From the NCBI RefSeq assembly GCF_023703795.1, contig NZ_CP098519.1:92229-124228 (forward strand): 32,000 nt of DNA, written 5' to 3'. Of the stretch, positions 1-8,640 are shown piece by piece (within the stretch, counting starts at the first letter, position 1; every line of letters starts with the position of its first letter). This stretch comes from Haloplanus pelagicus (GTDB taxonomy: Archaea; Halobacteriota; Halobacteria; Halobacteriales; Haloferacaceae). A program made the translations under genes and the position numbers. The notes below the pieces were generated by a model that ran no database searches, was not told the DNA's origin, and worked only from the letters and a program-made list of their open reading frames with translations.

Positions 1-257
1 CGGAGTCGTCGTCGGAGTTCGATAAGGAGCCAGAGTGCCTCATCCGCGTCAAAGTCAGTTTCAGTAGCTTGGAGGTTTTGGACTGCTTCGTCAAGTGTAG
101 TTCGCGTCGTGGCTACGCCTAGCTCGGTAGAGGGTGACTCGTAGGGTGGATAGGACTTGTAGGGTCCCATCAAATAGACCAAAAGTCGGGGCTTGGAGAT
201 CTCTGTCTCGCTGAGGTAGGGGCTTGTATCGAGTGCCTCGATCAACCGCTCTTCCAT
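1..257 (-). CDS. Hypothetical protein, N-terminal part only (the gene runs off the left edge of the window)
   Basis: Hand translation of the reverse strand from the ATG (complement of 255-257) gives 85 stop-free codons down to position 1: MEERLIEALDTSPYLSETEISKPRLLVYLMGPYKSYPPYESPSTELG... The composition is acidic. It is absent from the ORF track because it has no stop inside the window. No family recognised. Confidence 0.35.
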   Translation of the reverse strand, partial: MEERLIEALDTSPYLSETEISKPRLLVYLMGPYKSYPPYESPSTELGVATTRTTLDEAVQNLQATETDFDADEALWLLIELRRRL

Positions 258-288
258 TATCCGTTACTCAATTCGGTGGACCAAATAG

Positions 289-807
289 TTGGATGGTCTC
301 GCCGCAACCATAGTAAAAAATCTTAAGATGGTAGGGAACCAACTGACTTATATGACTAACTCGCCCGACCGAACGTCAATTCCTGACGGCGGTTCGCTCC
401 GACGGCGTGACGACCCTAATGAGGGCGATAACGGGTTCGACCTTGACGTTGAACTCCCTGAAGACAGCCTGTTCGATCTTGACGATTACTTGAAGATGTA
501 CGAAGTGGCGTCTAAGCCCAAGCAATATCTGATCCTTGAGGCGCTTGCGGAGAATAATCAACTCAGCACCAGCGAACTGTCAATGGTACTTGGTGAGGAG
601 GATAATGCGCTCCACTATCCGCTCCGGACGCTCAAAGATGTCGCACTCATCAAGAACCGACGCGATCCGAATACGGGGACTGAAGAGACCTATTCGTACT
701 ACGAACTGACGGAGCTAGGACGGATCGTGTTGACCGAGGGGATCCGCGAGGGTGTCCAAATACTGGCTCGGCAAGAAGCATCTCTCGAAGACAAATATAG
801 CAAGTAA
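289..807 (+). CDS. Winged helix-turn-helix transcriptional regulator (ArsR/MarR-like fold) with an acidic N-terminal extension
   Basis: The segment KQYLILEALAENNQLSTSELSMVLGEEDNALHYPLRTLKDVALIKNRRD...YYELTELGRIVL reads as helix-turn-helix followed by a wing. The ORF-track start at 289 is TTG. In-frame ATGs at 328 and later are alternative starts. Confidence 0.6.
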   Translation: MDGLAATIVKNLKMVGNQLTYMTNSPDRTSIPDGGSLRRRDDPNEGDNGFDLDVELPEDSLFDLDDYLKMYEVASKPKQYLILEALAENNQLSTSELSMVLGEEDNALHYPLRTLKDVALIKNRRDPNTGTEETYSYYELTELGRIVLTEGIREGVQILARQEASLEDKYSK

Positions 808-840
808 ATCGCCCCGAGGCCCTCGACAGTTTTTGTACAT

Positions 841-1497
841 TCACCCTTCACTAATCACTGGGTCAAGCGATTTCATCGAAAAATCTGATTTCGAGCAGTA
901 TCGTTCGGCGACGTCCATCAGCGCTCGTGTGCGGCGAATATCGGCGACGTTGTGGAGTACGACCGCTTCGAAATCACCAGTCTCCCACGCGTCGACGGCC
1001 TCGCTACTTTTCCCAATTGGATCGACTGTGCCGTGGCCGGAAGCCACGAGCTCGTCATACACTCCAGTGAGGCTGTTCTCGCTCGTGTTGAATCGTGAGG
1101 AGAAGACCTCCATCACGTCGATGTACGGCAGCTCGGTGAACGGCCACTCGCGTTCATGATGACTCAACCGCGTTCGAAGAAATGGCAGATCGAATCCTCC
1201 CTTCCAGGTTTCCCCGTTGTAGGCAACGAGCTTGACATCTCGCTGTGCGATCGTGGCGTCGACGAACGTCTTGACTGCGTCCAACAGTGCGCCCTCATCG
1301 TCATGAACAGAGAGCGTTACTGGCGTGGCGAGATGCTCATTCACGCGCTGTTCGATATCTGCGGCACACGCACTCCCGTCTGTATTGAGGAACACTCTCG
1401 AGCCGATCTCGGCGTCGAAGCCGACGACGGTCAGCTGGTCAGTCGTCGAAAACCCCGTCGTCTCGATGTCGAATGCGATCGTCGCGAGTGTACTCAT
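841..1497 (-). CDS. RNase H-like / DEDD-type 3'-5' exonuclease domain protein
   Basis: FDIETTGF is an ExoI-like motif, YNGETWKGGFDLPFL is ExoII-like, and HNVAD is a C-terminal His/Asp motif. Its start overlaps the upstream gene's stop in an ATGA arrangement at 1494-1497, indicating an operon. Confidence 0.65.
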   Translation of the reverse strand: MSTLATIAFDIETTGFSTTDQLTVVGFDAEIGSRVFLNTDGSACAADIEQRVNEHLATPVTLSVHDDEGALLDAVKTFVDATIAQRDVKLVAYNGETWKGGFDLPFLRTRLSHHEREWPFTELPYIDVMEVFSSRFNTSENSLTGVYDELVASGHGTVDPIGKSSEAVDAWETGDFEAVVLHNVADIRRTRALMDVAERYCSKSDFSMKSLDPVISEG

Positions 1498-1811
1498 TGG
1501 GGTGGCTCGCTGGTTTCTTCATCGGATACTTGCGCATCGGTGTGCTGTTCGTCGAGCCAGTGTTCGAGCGCTTCGAGGCGTTCCTCGTGGTCTTCCAACG
1601 TGGCCTCCTGTTCGAGATCGATACTGAATAGCGCCGGCACCAGTGGATTCTGATGGTTCAACAGCCCGCTCGCGTCAGCGTGTTCGCGAGCGTACTCGAA
1701 CAGTTGGTCGAAGCGTGGTTGGTCGCGACGACGGAGCGCCCGTCGGAACTCCGCCCAGCGGTCTTCGATAGCCCGCAGTGCATCCCGATATGTCGGATTC
1801 GTGCGTCCCAT
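1494..1811 (-). CDS. Hypothetical acidic protein (middle gene of the three-gene operon)
   Basis: The ORF-track entry is 1494..1838. The internal ATG at 1811 (MGRTNPTYRDAL...) lies 2 nt after the upstream gene's TAA (1814-1816) and is the more likely start. The tail is acidic and helical (LEDHEERLEALEHWLDEQ). No family recognised. Confidence 0.5.
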   Translation of the reverse strand: MGRTNPTYRDALRAIEDRWAEFRRALRRRDQPRFDQLFEYAREHADASGLLNHQNPLVPALFSIDLEQEATLEDHEERLEALEHWLDEQHTDAQVSDEETSEPPQ

Positions 1812-1813
1812 TG

Positions 1814-2752
1814 TTAGCGCCCCCCAGGTGCTGTCCACGCATCGAGGAGCGGACTCGCGGTGAGCGACGTCGTCTCGCCGTCAGCGGTCACGCTTGTTCC
1901 AACAACTGCCGGACTCGACGTCGACGACGGGGGTGTCGCCGGTTCGAGGCCAACCTGCGTCGCCCGCGTAGCGAGTAGCTGTCGCCAGTAGGCAAATGTG
2001 GTCTGGTAGTACGAACCGTCATCAACGGGATAGACGAGTGTCTCGAACTCGTCACCGACGAGTCGCGGCCCCATCCGTGTTTGCTCACACTCAAGATGGT
2101 GATTGGCGGCCGTCGCGACCGCTGCTGTGAACTCATCGATCGTACTCCGAGTAACGAGTACCGGGATGTCATAGCTGTCAGCGTACGTCGCTAGCCGAGC
2201 GAGAGTTCTCGCTTGTAGTGTTTCTGCGTGGTGCTCGCTGAGCGTCTCGTCGCTGCGGTACTGGGCGTCGACGGCCGGCGCGACGATGAGCGACGGGGTG
2301 TGTGGAGACGAGTCATCGTCTTGACCCATTGAATGTCGATCGGATGTGCTGGTGACAGCGGTCGATTTCTGGATGGCCTGGTTTACTGCTGTCGGGAGAT
2401 CGTCGACAGCGCCGTAGTGCTGGTACGCGGTAAATCCGCGTGCGACGTGGATGCGGTCGAGCAACCGCTGGCTCGGTGTGATCTGAGCCAGCGTCGTCGT
2501 CGTCGCGTGGCCGTTCGCATCAACCCAGAAGGCGGGCCCATCGTGTAACAAGAGATGGTCAAGCACGAGCGACTGGAGGATTGGGACGCCACGCCCCCCG
2601 TCTATGTCCAGCAGCGTGATGCCGTCGTCGAGTGACGGTAGCAGCATCGCTTCTGTGGCTGGGTCGGCTTGATCAGCCAAGGTCCGATTGCGGTCAGCCC
2701 CCCGTGTCGGCTTGTCGGCCGCCATTCGGTTCGATGGTGGGTGGTCTCCCAT
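1814..2752 (-). CDS. RecA/RadB-fold protein with a degenerate Walker A (predicted inactive ATPase)
   Basis: By-eye similarity to the RecA/RadA core: DIDGGRGVPIL sits where GxxGxGKT is expected, FWVDANGHATT resembles 'yIDTEG', IHVARGFTAYQ resembles 'i.vaRa.n..hQ', SLIVAPAVDAQYRSDE resembles 'vvDSv.alyR.e', and IPVLVTRS resembles 'vvvtNq'. No GKT/GKS is present. Confidence 0.5.
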   Translation of the reverse strand: MGDHPPSNRMAADKPTRGADRNRTLADQADPATEAMLLPSLDDGITLLDIDGGRGVPILQSLVLDHLLLHDGPAFWVDANGHATTTTLAQITPSQRLLDRIHVARGFTAYQHYGAVDDLPTAVNQAIQKSTAVTSTSDRHSMGQDDDSSPHTPSLIVAPAVDAQYRSDETLSEHHAETLQARTLARLATYADSYDIPVLVTRSTIDEFTAAVATAANHHLECEQTRMGPRLVGDEFETLVYPVDDGSYYQTTFAYWRQLLATRATQVGLEPATPPSSTSSPAVVGTSVTADGETTSLTASPLLDAWTAPGGR

Positions 2753-3036
2753 ACTCGATAACTAGTCACCCTCTCAATAAGCGACGGCGCGGTGCTTCCG
2801 TGTTTCAGGGAATAGCCTCTAGTGGCTACAGAATGGCCCAGTAAGCGTATATTTGGCCTGGCTGTTGCTTCCGAGAAAACTTCCACAGTTCTGACTCTGT
2901 TGAAATTCTCGACTGATGATTGTTCGGAAAGGGCATGCTGAATACAACGCGCGTATCCTGTGTAGAATTGCTCCAGTATTGAGCGAACATACCATGGCTA
3001 ACTCGACTTCAAAACCGAGAGTAGCTACCAATAAGA

Positions 3037-4074
3037 TTATTTTACGTACCTATCCACGACATCGTGTAGGTTTTCGTCATTAATGAATTCAGTTAGTTCT
3101 ATGCCATCGATCAATTCAACATCCAAATCCTGAGCAGCTTTTCGTGCATTTTCTGTGAATTGAGCAGTAGTTACTAGAAATGACTTGTCACCATCCACCA
3201 TTTTATCAATTGCTCCATAGTTCCTTATCGTACCTAGATTAATAGTGCTATCTGGTTGATATCGCTTGACTTGAATAGCATGTTTTTCACGCCAAGGATC
3301 CTGCCGTTGAGCAATTACATCTATGCCCAAGTCATCTTCATCTGGAACCACATTAGCACTAAATCCTATCTCCTTCCAACAATCCGCTATGAAGTGTTCA
3401 AATTCGGTAGGATCCATGGCATATAGTTTTTCTAATAATTCTTTATTAGGCAACGCTTGGTATTGCTTGCCTTCTTCTACTCTTTGAATAAAAGTGTCAT
3501 ACCAAGATAAAACTCCCAAATCACTCAAATTAATTATATATCTGCCGATAGCATTGTCTTCCCCATCTCTAACGGACGTACGAAGTCCTTCCATTAACTC
3601 ATATGCATCCTCCAAAAGGTCTATTGAGGGTTTCCCAAGCAGATGATATACAGAAAACCAATCCATCTCATCTCTTCTAATACAAAAACGCAACATTTCT
3701 CTAGCATTGAGAATTTTATCGTGATCTAAGTCATTAGCAGAGGGATTAGTATAATCAGGGAGTTCTATTACATATCTTGAAGCCTCAAGAAATCTATCTT
3801 TGTTCCCTCCCAATTCTTTCATTCCAAAATCGTCCGCCGACACGTGGAGTTCGTTGTTTTTTCGGCTTACTCGGTATACGTGGGCATCCAAGGGCCTATT
3901 GAGCTCAACAGGCTGTCGGTTCGATAGACGAATATCCCACTCATTATCAAGATCGTCAGGCCTCTCGCATTCGTATACTGTGAAACTTCCACGTTCAGTG
4001 CTCTTCTTAACAGGGATTACAGTTACCTGTTCACCTATTAGATCAGATCGGGGGTGGGATACATTAATCACCAT
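3037..4074 (-). CDS. Mrr-family (type IV-like) restriction endonuclease with an uncharacterised N-terminal domain of about 220 aa
   Basis: The C-terminus FEHFIADCWKEIGFSANVVPDEDDLGIDVIAQR...AIQVKRY...FLVTTAQFTENARKAA...ELIDGIELTEFI matches the Mrr catalytic-domain pattern (FE..., D-GIDv, (Q/E)xK, vTt..Ft..A). It lies in a low-GC islet. Confidence 0.8.
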   Translation of the reverse strand: MVINVSHPRSDLIGEQVTVIPVKKSTERGSFTVYECERPDDLDNEWDIRLSNRQPVELNRPLDAHVYRVSRKNNELHVSADDFGMKELGGNKDRFLEASRYVIELPDYTNPSANDLDHDKILNAREMLRFCIRRDEMDWFSVYHLLGKPSIDLLEDAYELMEGLRTSVRDGEDNAIGRYIINLSDLGVLSWYDTFIQRVEEGKQYQALPNKELLEKLYAMDPTEFEHFIADCWKEIGFSANVVPDEDDLGIDVIAQRQDPWREKHAIQVKRYQPDSTINLGTIRNYGAIDKMVDGDKSFLVTTAQFTENARKAAQDLDVELIDGIELTEFINDENLHDVVDRYVK

Positions 4075-4399
4075 GATGATTCGTTATCCGCTAATAACTA
4101 CAGTATTTCGCCGGCAAATTCTCTGAGCGGTTGCCTAGAGGTCTGAGAATAAGTAGTCTGTACTAGACAATATTACACAATACAGTCTGATGAACCTACC
4201 CTCTACATTTAGCAACGGTACCTATCATTACCAAAACATTTTAACAGAGTCTAAATCCTCGTTCTTGTTGATCCAGCTTAACCAACATTAGCACTAATCT
4301 TGTTGGTTAATTCGGCACGTGTTCTGGATCTAGCGGGATTCCGAGACAGAAGAGTTCGAGGGGGGGAACGCTTTTATTCGGCCTCTATTATCCGCATGT

Positions 4400-5107
4400 G
4401 TGACTAATTCCGACCAATCTGCTTTTGAGACTTTGATTGACGAGATTCATACTGATTTCTCCGACAATCCGGTTAACTACGGAAACGAGGATCCAGTCAT
4501 TCCGGAGTTGATCCACCGGCTTCGACAGAAAATAGATGTAGACTATCTCCCAGTAGAGTATCGTCAAGAGTACGCCGATAACGAACAGTGGCGAGTCCGT
4601 GATTTTTCGACTCGTGTTGATAACATTGGCCAGGCAACTCGAATCCGTCCAGAAGTTCTCTTTGTACATGAGGGAGAGCGGTGGAAGTACGAGCGAACAC
4701 TTGCTGGGGAAATCAAATCGACAGTGCCAAAATTTGATCTCGTTGTTTTCAACCCAGAACCACCGCTGATTGCGCAGAGCAAGGCGGAAGGCCCTGGTAA
4801 TTATTGGGATACTGAGAACGACATCTCGGTGCTTTGTGAGGTTAAACACTCAAAAAACGAATCCTCGAACTTCTTTGCTGAATCAAATGGTGCCGATGAT
4901 GTACAGGCGCTATCGCAGTATCCCGGCTCTGTAGAGCGGCGGGTATTCTTGTTCTTCGACTGGTGGCCAATCGATGGGAACCAATCCCATCGATACGAGC
5001 GCCACCGAGACCGATTGATAGAGAATGTCGGAGTGATATCAGAGCCAGTAGATGTTATTTTTCTCTCCCGTATTGGCGACTACCACACATTCACTATCGG
5101 ATACTGA
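4400..5107 (+). CDS. Hypothetical protein, possible PD-(D/E)XK nuclease fold
   Basis: GTG start. FDLVVF ... VLCEVKHS gives a D...ExK arrangement, with unusually long spacing of roughly 34 residues. Low GC, divergent from the Mrr-like gene. The fold assignment is inference only. Confidence 0.5.
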   Translation: MTNSDQSAFETLIDEIHTDFSDNPVNYGNEDPVIPELIHRLRQKIDVDYLPVEYRQEYADNEQWRVRDFSTRVDNIGQATRIRPEVLFVHEGERWKYERTLAGEIKSTVPKFDLVVFNPEPPLIAQSKAEGPGNYWDTENDISVLCEVKHSKNESSNFFAESNGADDVQALSQYPGSVERRVFLFFDWWPIDGNQSHRYERHRDRLIENVGVISEPVDVIFLSRIGDYHTFTIGY

Positions 5108-5264
5108 AGCGTCTCAGTTGGGCTTTTCAGACTATTATCGGCTGAAACGTCTGATCGCTGGAGACTGTGTATTGAACATAACTGGTCAGAATGTAACCCG
5201 TGTTGAGGATTTCAACAGAGCTGAATTAGCGTATTTACACTCCTACTACCGACTTAACAGATTG

Positions 5265-6293
5265 TTACGAAACTGGCGACGCAGCTGCTGAATCAACGAG
5301 TGAGTACTCGCGGTCTCGACTCGTGCCTTCTGCTTCGAGGAGATTGTACTGTGCCATCTTCGAAAGGTAGGTCCGGACAGTGCGTTTCGTCCGCGGATCG
5401 TCGACCGCCCCAGTATAGTGGTCGTGAATCTCGCTGGGTCCAAGTGGCCCGTGGTCGCGAACAATATCGTATACGACCCGCTGGTGTGGCGTAAGCGAGT
5501 CAAGGCTCTTCTGCTTAATTTGGGCCCGAGCATCTTCAGCGGCATCTAGGAGGATGTCGTTAGTGATCTCCTCGTGATTTTCGCGATCAGCCGTGCTGGC
5601 TGCGCTGCGAAGCATCCCGATAGCCAGACGAGCATCACCAGCGGCCGCATCGGCGATCTGATAGAGCTGCTCGTCGGTGATGACGTCGTTTTCAAGGCCC
5701 CATTTCGTTCGAGCACTCAGAATATCGTAGAGTTGCTCGTTGTGGTACTTGTCCATCCGGACGTGTTCGCTTGAGCGCAGCCGACTTACGAGCCGGTCGT
5801 CGACGCGGCTGAACAGCTCTTCTTCCTTGTTCGCGATACAGATCACCGCGAACTGCTCCATACTGTGGAGGTCGTAGATGAGGCTCGGGTCTTCGAGTTG
5901 GTCGACCTCGTCGAGGATGACAACGGTTCGAGGACCGTCGTACTGTTGGAGCCGATCAATGAGCTCGTCGTGGGGTGTCGACTGCCGATGAATGTCTATC
6001 GTCGCGCCGATGTCGTCGAGGATCTGGTACAGCGTTCGGAAGCGGCTGTAGTTTCGCCAGCAGTTGACGTAGGTGGCCTCGACGTCGAGCACTTCCTCGC
6101 GGAGCCGTTCGGTAACGAACTTCGAGACACAGGTTTTACCGACACCGCTCGGACCGGTGACGATAGCCGTGTCAGCTGGCTCTCCGTTCGTGATCGGTTC
6201 GAGAACGCTCGAGAGGTGGTTGACTTCGGCGTCGCGATGCTCGACTTCTCGAGGGACGAACCCGGCGCGGAGGACGCGAGCATCACGGATCAT
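5265..6293 (-). CDS. orc1: Orc1/Cdc6 replication initiator (AAA+ plus C-terminal winged helix)
   Basis: N-terminal VPREVEHRDAEVNHL, Walker A GPSGVGKT (about 6135-6155), Walker B VVILDEVDQL, sensor region ICIANKEE..., and a C-terminal wHTH (RTVRTYLSKMAQYNLLE). The length of 342 aa is typical. Confidence 0.93.
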   Translation of the reverse strand: MIRDARVLRAGFVPREVEHRDAEVNHLSSVLEPITNGEPADTAIVTGPSGVGKTCVSKFVTERLREEVLDVEATYVNCWRNYSRFRTLYQILDDIGATIDIHRQSTPHDELIDRLQQYDGPRTVVILDEVDQLEDPSLIYDLHSMEQFAVICIANKEEELFSRVDDRLVSRLRSSEHVRMDKYHNEQLYDILSARTKWGLENDVITDEQLYQIADAAAGDARLAIGMLRSAASTADRENHEEITNDILLDAAEDARAQIKQKSLDSLTPHQRVVYDIVRDHGPLGPSEIHDHYTGAVDDPRTKRTVRTYLSKMAQYNLLEAEGTSRDREYSLVDSAAASPVS

Positions 6294-6343
6294 TTGTTTC
6301 TGACAGACTAATTTCCGGTCAGGTTATAAAAACCTCACCGGGT

Positions 6344-6439
6344 CAGTTCCGGAAAATTCCTCATCGCCGTTGAATTGCTTCTTCTATAGTGTCGCTGTCT
6401 CCCGATTCTGATTGTGGAAACGCTCCACTTCCGGAAACG
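6344..6439. other. Candidate origin-recognition-box (ORB-like) motifs upstream of orc1/cdc6
   Basis: TTCCGGAAA occurs twice, at 6347-6355 (caGTTCCGGAAAa) and 6429-6437 (cacTTCCGGAAAc). GTGGAAAC at 6414-6421 matches the conserved core of archaeal ORB elements and sits in a GTGGA-N5-TCCAC palindrome (6414-6428). A short AT-rich patch, GGTTATAAAAACC, lies at 6322-6334. No G-string and no flanking inverted ORB pair were seen. Confidence 0.3.
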
Positions 6440-6617
6440 TCCAAAAACTCACTCGGCTCTCTCTAGCCCGGCGTCTTCACCGTCAACCTCGATGACATCA
6501 CCGTCGCCAACGTTCAGCGCGTTACGAAGCTTCTCGAGATGGTCATCTGCCTCCTCGCGGATCTCCTTCGCGGTGGTGAGATCAACCTCTCCATCTTCGA
6601 GTGTCTCGGCGGCCTCT

Positions 6618-7415
6618 TCAACAGCGTCCTGTGATGAACGACGAAAGGACGTGGTTGAACCGCTCAGGCTCCTCTAAGAAGGGACAATGACCACTATTGG
6701 TGAAGCGCTCAAGCTCGGCGTCAGGTGTATTGTCGGCAACGTATTCGACACCACCATTCTCTAGCATCGTTTCGTCTTCACCAAGACACACGAGGGTAGG
6801 AACATCCACGTCGGGAACCATTTCCCGGTAGTCGCGTACTGATTGGTCGAAAAGAATCGCGCTCGTGATCGGTGGTGGGACTCGTGTGATCTCGTCGAAG
6901 AGCGTCTGTTCGACAGTATTCGGTTCATCCACGAGCATCTCGTCAATGAGGGACCACGCCAGCTCGTGTGGATTTGTTTGTGCGAGCTCCATGAGTCCAC
7001 GAAGTTCATCAAAGCCGAACACACCGTGCTCGTAATCCTCCTGTTCAAGATCCAGTGGCTGTTGTTCGACACTTACGAAGCCGCGGAATCGGTCTGTCCC
7101 AAACTGACGAACGTATTCCCATGCCACGAGCGACCCCATCGACCAGCCGACCAGAATAACATCAGAAAGACCCTGTGCGTCAAGGAACGCCTCCAGGTCA
7201 CGAGCATACTGAGGCAGGGTATGTCCGGTTTCGGTTTTCTCGGAACGACCATGGCCTCTGAAATCGAGGGTGATCACCCGATACTCGTCGCTGAGAGGCT
7301 GCTGTTCGCTGAAGAACCGGCTACTCATCAACACTCCGTGAAGGAAGACAACCGGTACTCCGTCTCCATCCGATTCGTAGTACAACTCCGCCCCGTTGAC
7401 CGATTCAGTTGGCAT
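6618..7415 (-). CDS. Alpha/beta-fold hydrolase
   Basis: Oxyanion-region FLHGVLMSS, nucleophile elbow GWSMGS (GxSxG) and a C-terminal SGHCPFLEEPE (catalytic His region). The size of 265 aa is typical. Confidence 0.85.
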   Translation of the reverse strand: MPTESVNGAELYYESDGDGVPVVFLHGVLMSSRFFSEQQPLSDEYRVITLDFRGHGRSEKTETGHTLPQYARDLEAFLDAQGLSDVILVGWSMGSLVAWEYVRQFGTDRFRGFVSVEQQPLDLEQEDYEHGVFGFDELRGLMELAQTNPHELAWSLIDEMLVDEPNTVEQTLFDEITRVPPPITSAILFDQSVRDYREMVPDVDVPTLVCLGEDETMLENGGVEYVADNTPDAELERFTNSGHCPFLEEPERFNHVLSSFITGRC

Positions 7416-7587
7416 ATCGGAAGATATGTATGATCGCTGTTAGTTGTTGTGCCGAATGCTGCTGATATCCAGTTGTTCCACTCTAGTATAGCACATTATG
7501 CCTCAGAACAGGGTATCCGCTATTGACTCTCCTCAGTCGCTTCCGTTGACGCCACCTTCTTGACGATATTGACCGAACATCGATTGT

Positions 7588-8223
7588 ATGAATGTTCTCG
7601 TCGCTGGTTCGCATGGACAAGTTGGCCAACACGTGACCCGTCTGCTTGCTGAGAGCGATCACAGCGTTCAGGGGATGGTGCGTGTGGAATCGCAAGCACC
7701 AGATATCAGGGATTTGGATGCTGAGCCGGTTGTAGCGGATCTCACCGGTGATGTCTCACACGCCGTTGAAGAAATTGACGCGATCATTTTCGCTGCGGGA
7801 TCGGGTGGTGAAGACGTGTGGGGTGTTGACCGCGACGGTGCGATTAACATCATTGACGAGGCGGTATCTGCGGGGGTAGAACGGTTTGTGATGCTTAGTT
7901 CGATTAATGCCGATCAGCCTGAGAATAGCCCCGAGGCGTTGCGAGAGTATCTCCGCGCAAAGGGTGAGGCCGACGAGTATCTCCAACAGAGCAACCTGAC
8001 GTACACTATCGTTCGTCCTGGACCGCTGACAAACGAAGGTGGTACCAAACGAATCAAAACAGGTACTGATCTCGACAGAGACGCGATTGAGATCCCGCGA
8101 GAAGATGTCGCCCGGACACTGATCGCGACGCTCGGGGCTGAGAGTACGTATGATGAAACGTTCGAACTTGCGGCCGGTGAGGTGTCGATCGGTGAGGCGT
8201 TAGAGACGCCACACCATACGTAG
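7588..8223 (+). CDS. NAD(P)-binding Rossmann protein, atypical SDR / NmrA-like
   Basis: The N-terminal MNVLVAGSHGQVGQHV is a GxxGxxG dinucleotide-binding motif. ...FVMLSS... and YLRAKGEADEYL (a YxxxK-like region) also fit, as does TIVRPGPLTNE. Confidence 0.85.
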   Translation: MNVLVAGSHGQVGQHVTRLLAESDHSVQGMVRVESQAPDIRDLDAEPVVADLTGDVSHAVEEIDAIIFAAGSGGEDVWGVDRDGAINIIDEAVSAGVERFVMLSSINADQPENSPEALREYLRAKGEADEYLQQSNLTYTIVRPGPLTNEGGTKRIKTGTDLDRDAIEIPREDVARTLIATLGAESTYDETFELAAGEVSIGEALETPHHT

Positions 8224-8388
8224 TCTGACGACCGGATTCGTGGACGGCTATCCTTTTTGATGGTGTCCGTACGGGTGTTGAAGTCCTTTGGCTGTACCAC
8301 ACCCCTCTGTCGACGCTATCGCCAAGCGCATCCGGATTGCCGGGGTGGTTTGACGCATGTTTCGCCGTTGGCGGCGACCCCCTCGTGA

Positions 8389-8628
8389 ATGAGTTGCTAC
8401 CGGACGGCCGGCCGCTTCTTGTTGCTGGGTGCGGTCTGGGGGACGGCGTTCATGGCGACGGACGTCGGCCTCGCAGATCTCCCCGTGGTACCGTTCGCAG
8501 CCGTGCGCTTTGATGTCGCTGCCGCGCTGCTGTTCGCCGCCGTTCTCGTCTCTGGTTCGGATGTCTATCCTCGGACTCTTCTGGTTTCAGTTTCACCCTC
8601 CTTGACGAACTCTTTTGTCGGTCTTTAA
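8389..8628 (+). pseudogene. Truncated EamA/DMT-family transporter gene (only the first one to two TM helices remain)
   Basis: LLLGAVWGTAFMATDVGLADLPVVPFAAVRFDVAAALLFAAVLV looks like the N-terminus of a roughly 300-aa EamA permease. After about codon 58 the sequence loses the family pattern and stops at 8628, which coincides with a drop in GC. No remainder of the gene was found downstream. Confidence 0.45.
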
Positions 8629-8640
8629 CGGTGTGGCAGT

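Noticed and set aside
1156-1653. 165-aa plus-strand ORF (and 1325..1627) overlapping the exonuclease gene
   Set aside because: The composition is Ser/Arg/Cys-rich, typical of the antisense frame of a high-GC acidic gene. The opposite strand has clear DEDD motifs.
5865-6311. 148-aa plus-strand ORF and other ORFs antisense to orc1/cdc6
   Set aside because: They are fully contained in the Orc1/Cdc6 gene, which has unambiguous Walker A and B and wHTH motifs.
6414-6677. 87-aa Ser/Thr-rich plus-strand ORF
   Set aside because: Its composition (SSPASSPSTSMTSPSP...) is the mirror image of an acidic frame on the other strand. I treat it as an antisense artefact.
6843-7433. 196-aa plus-strand ORF antisense to the alpha/beta hydrolase
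   Set aside because: It is basic with no motif. The minus-strand gene has GxSxG and an acidic composition.
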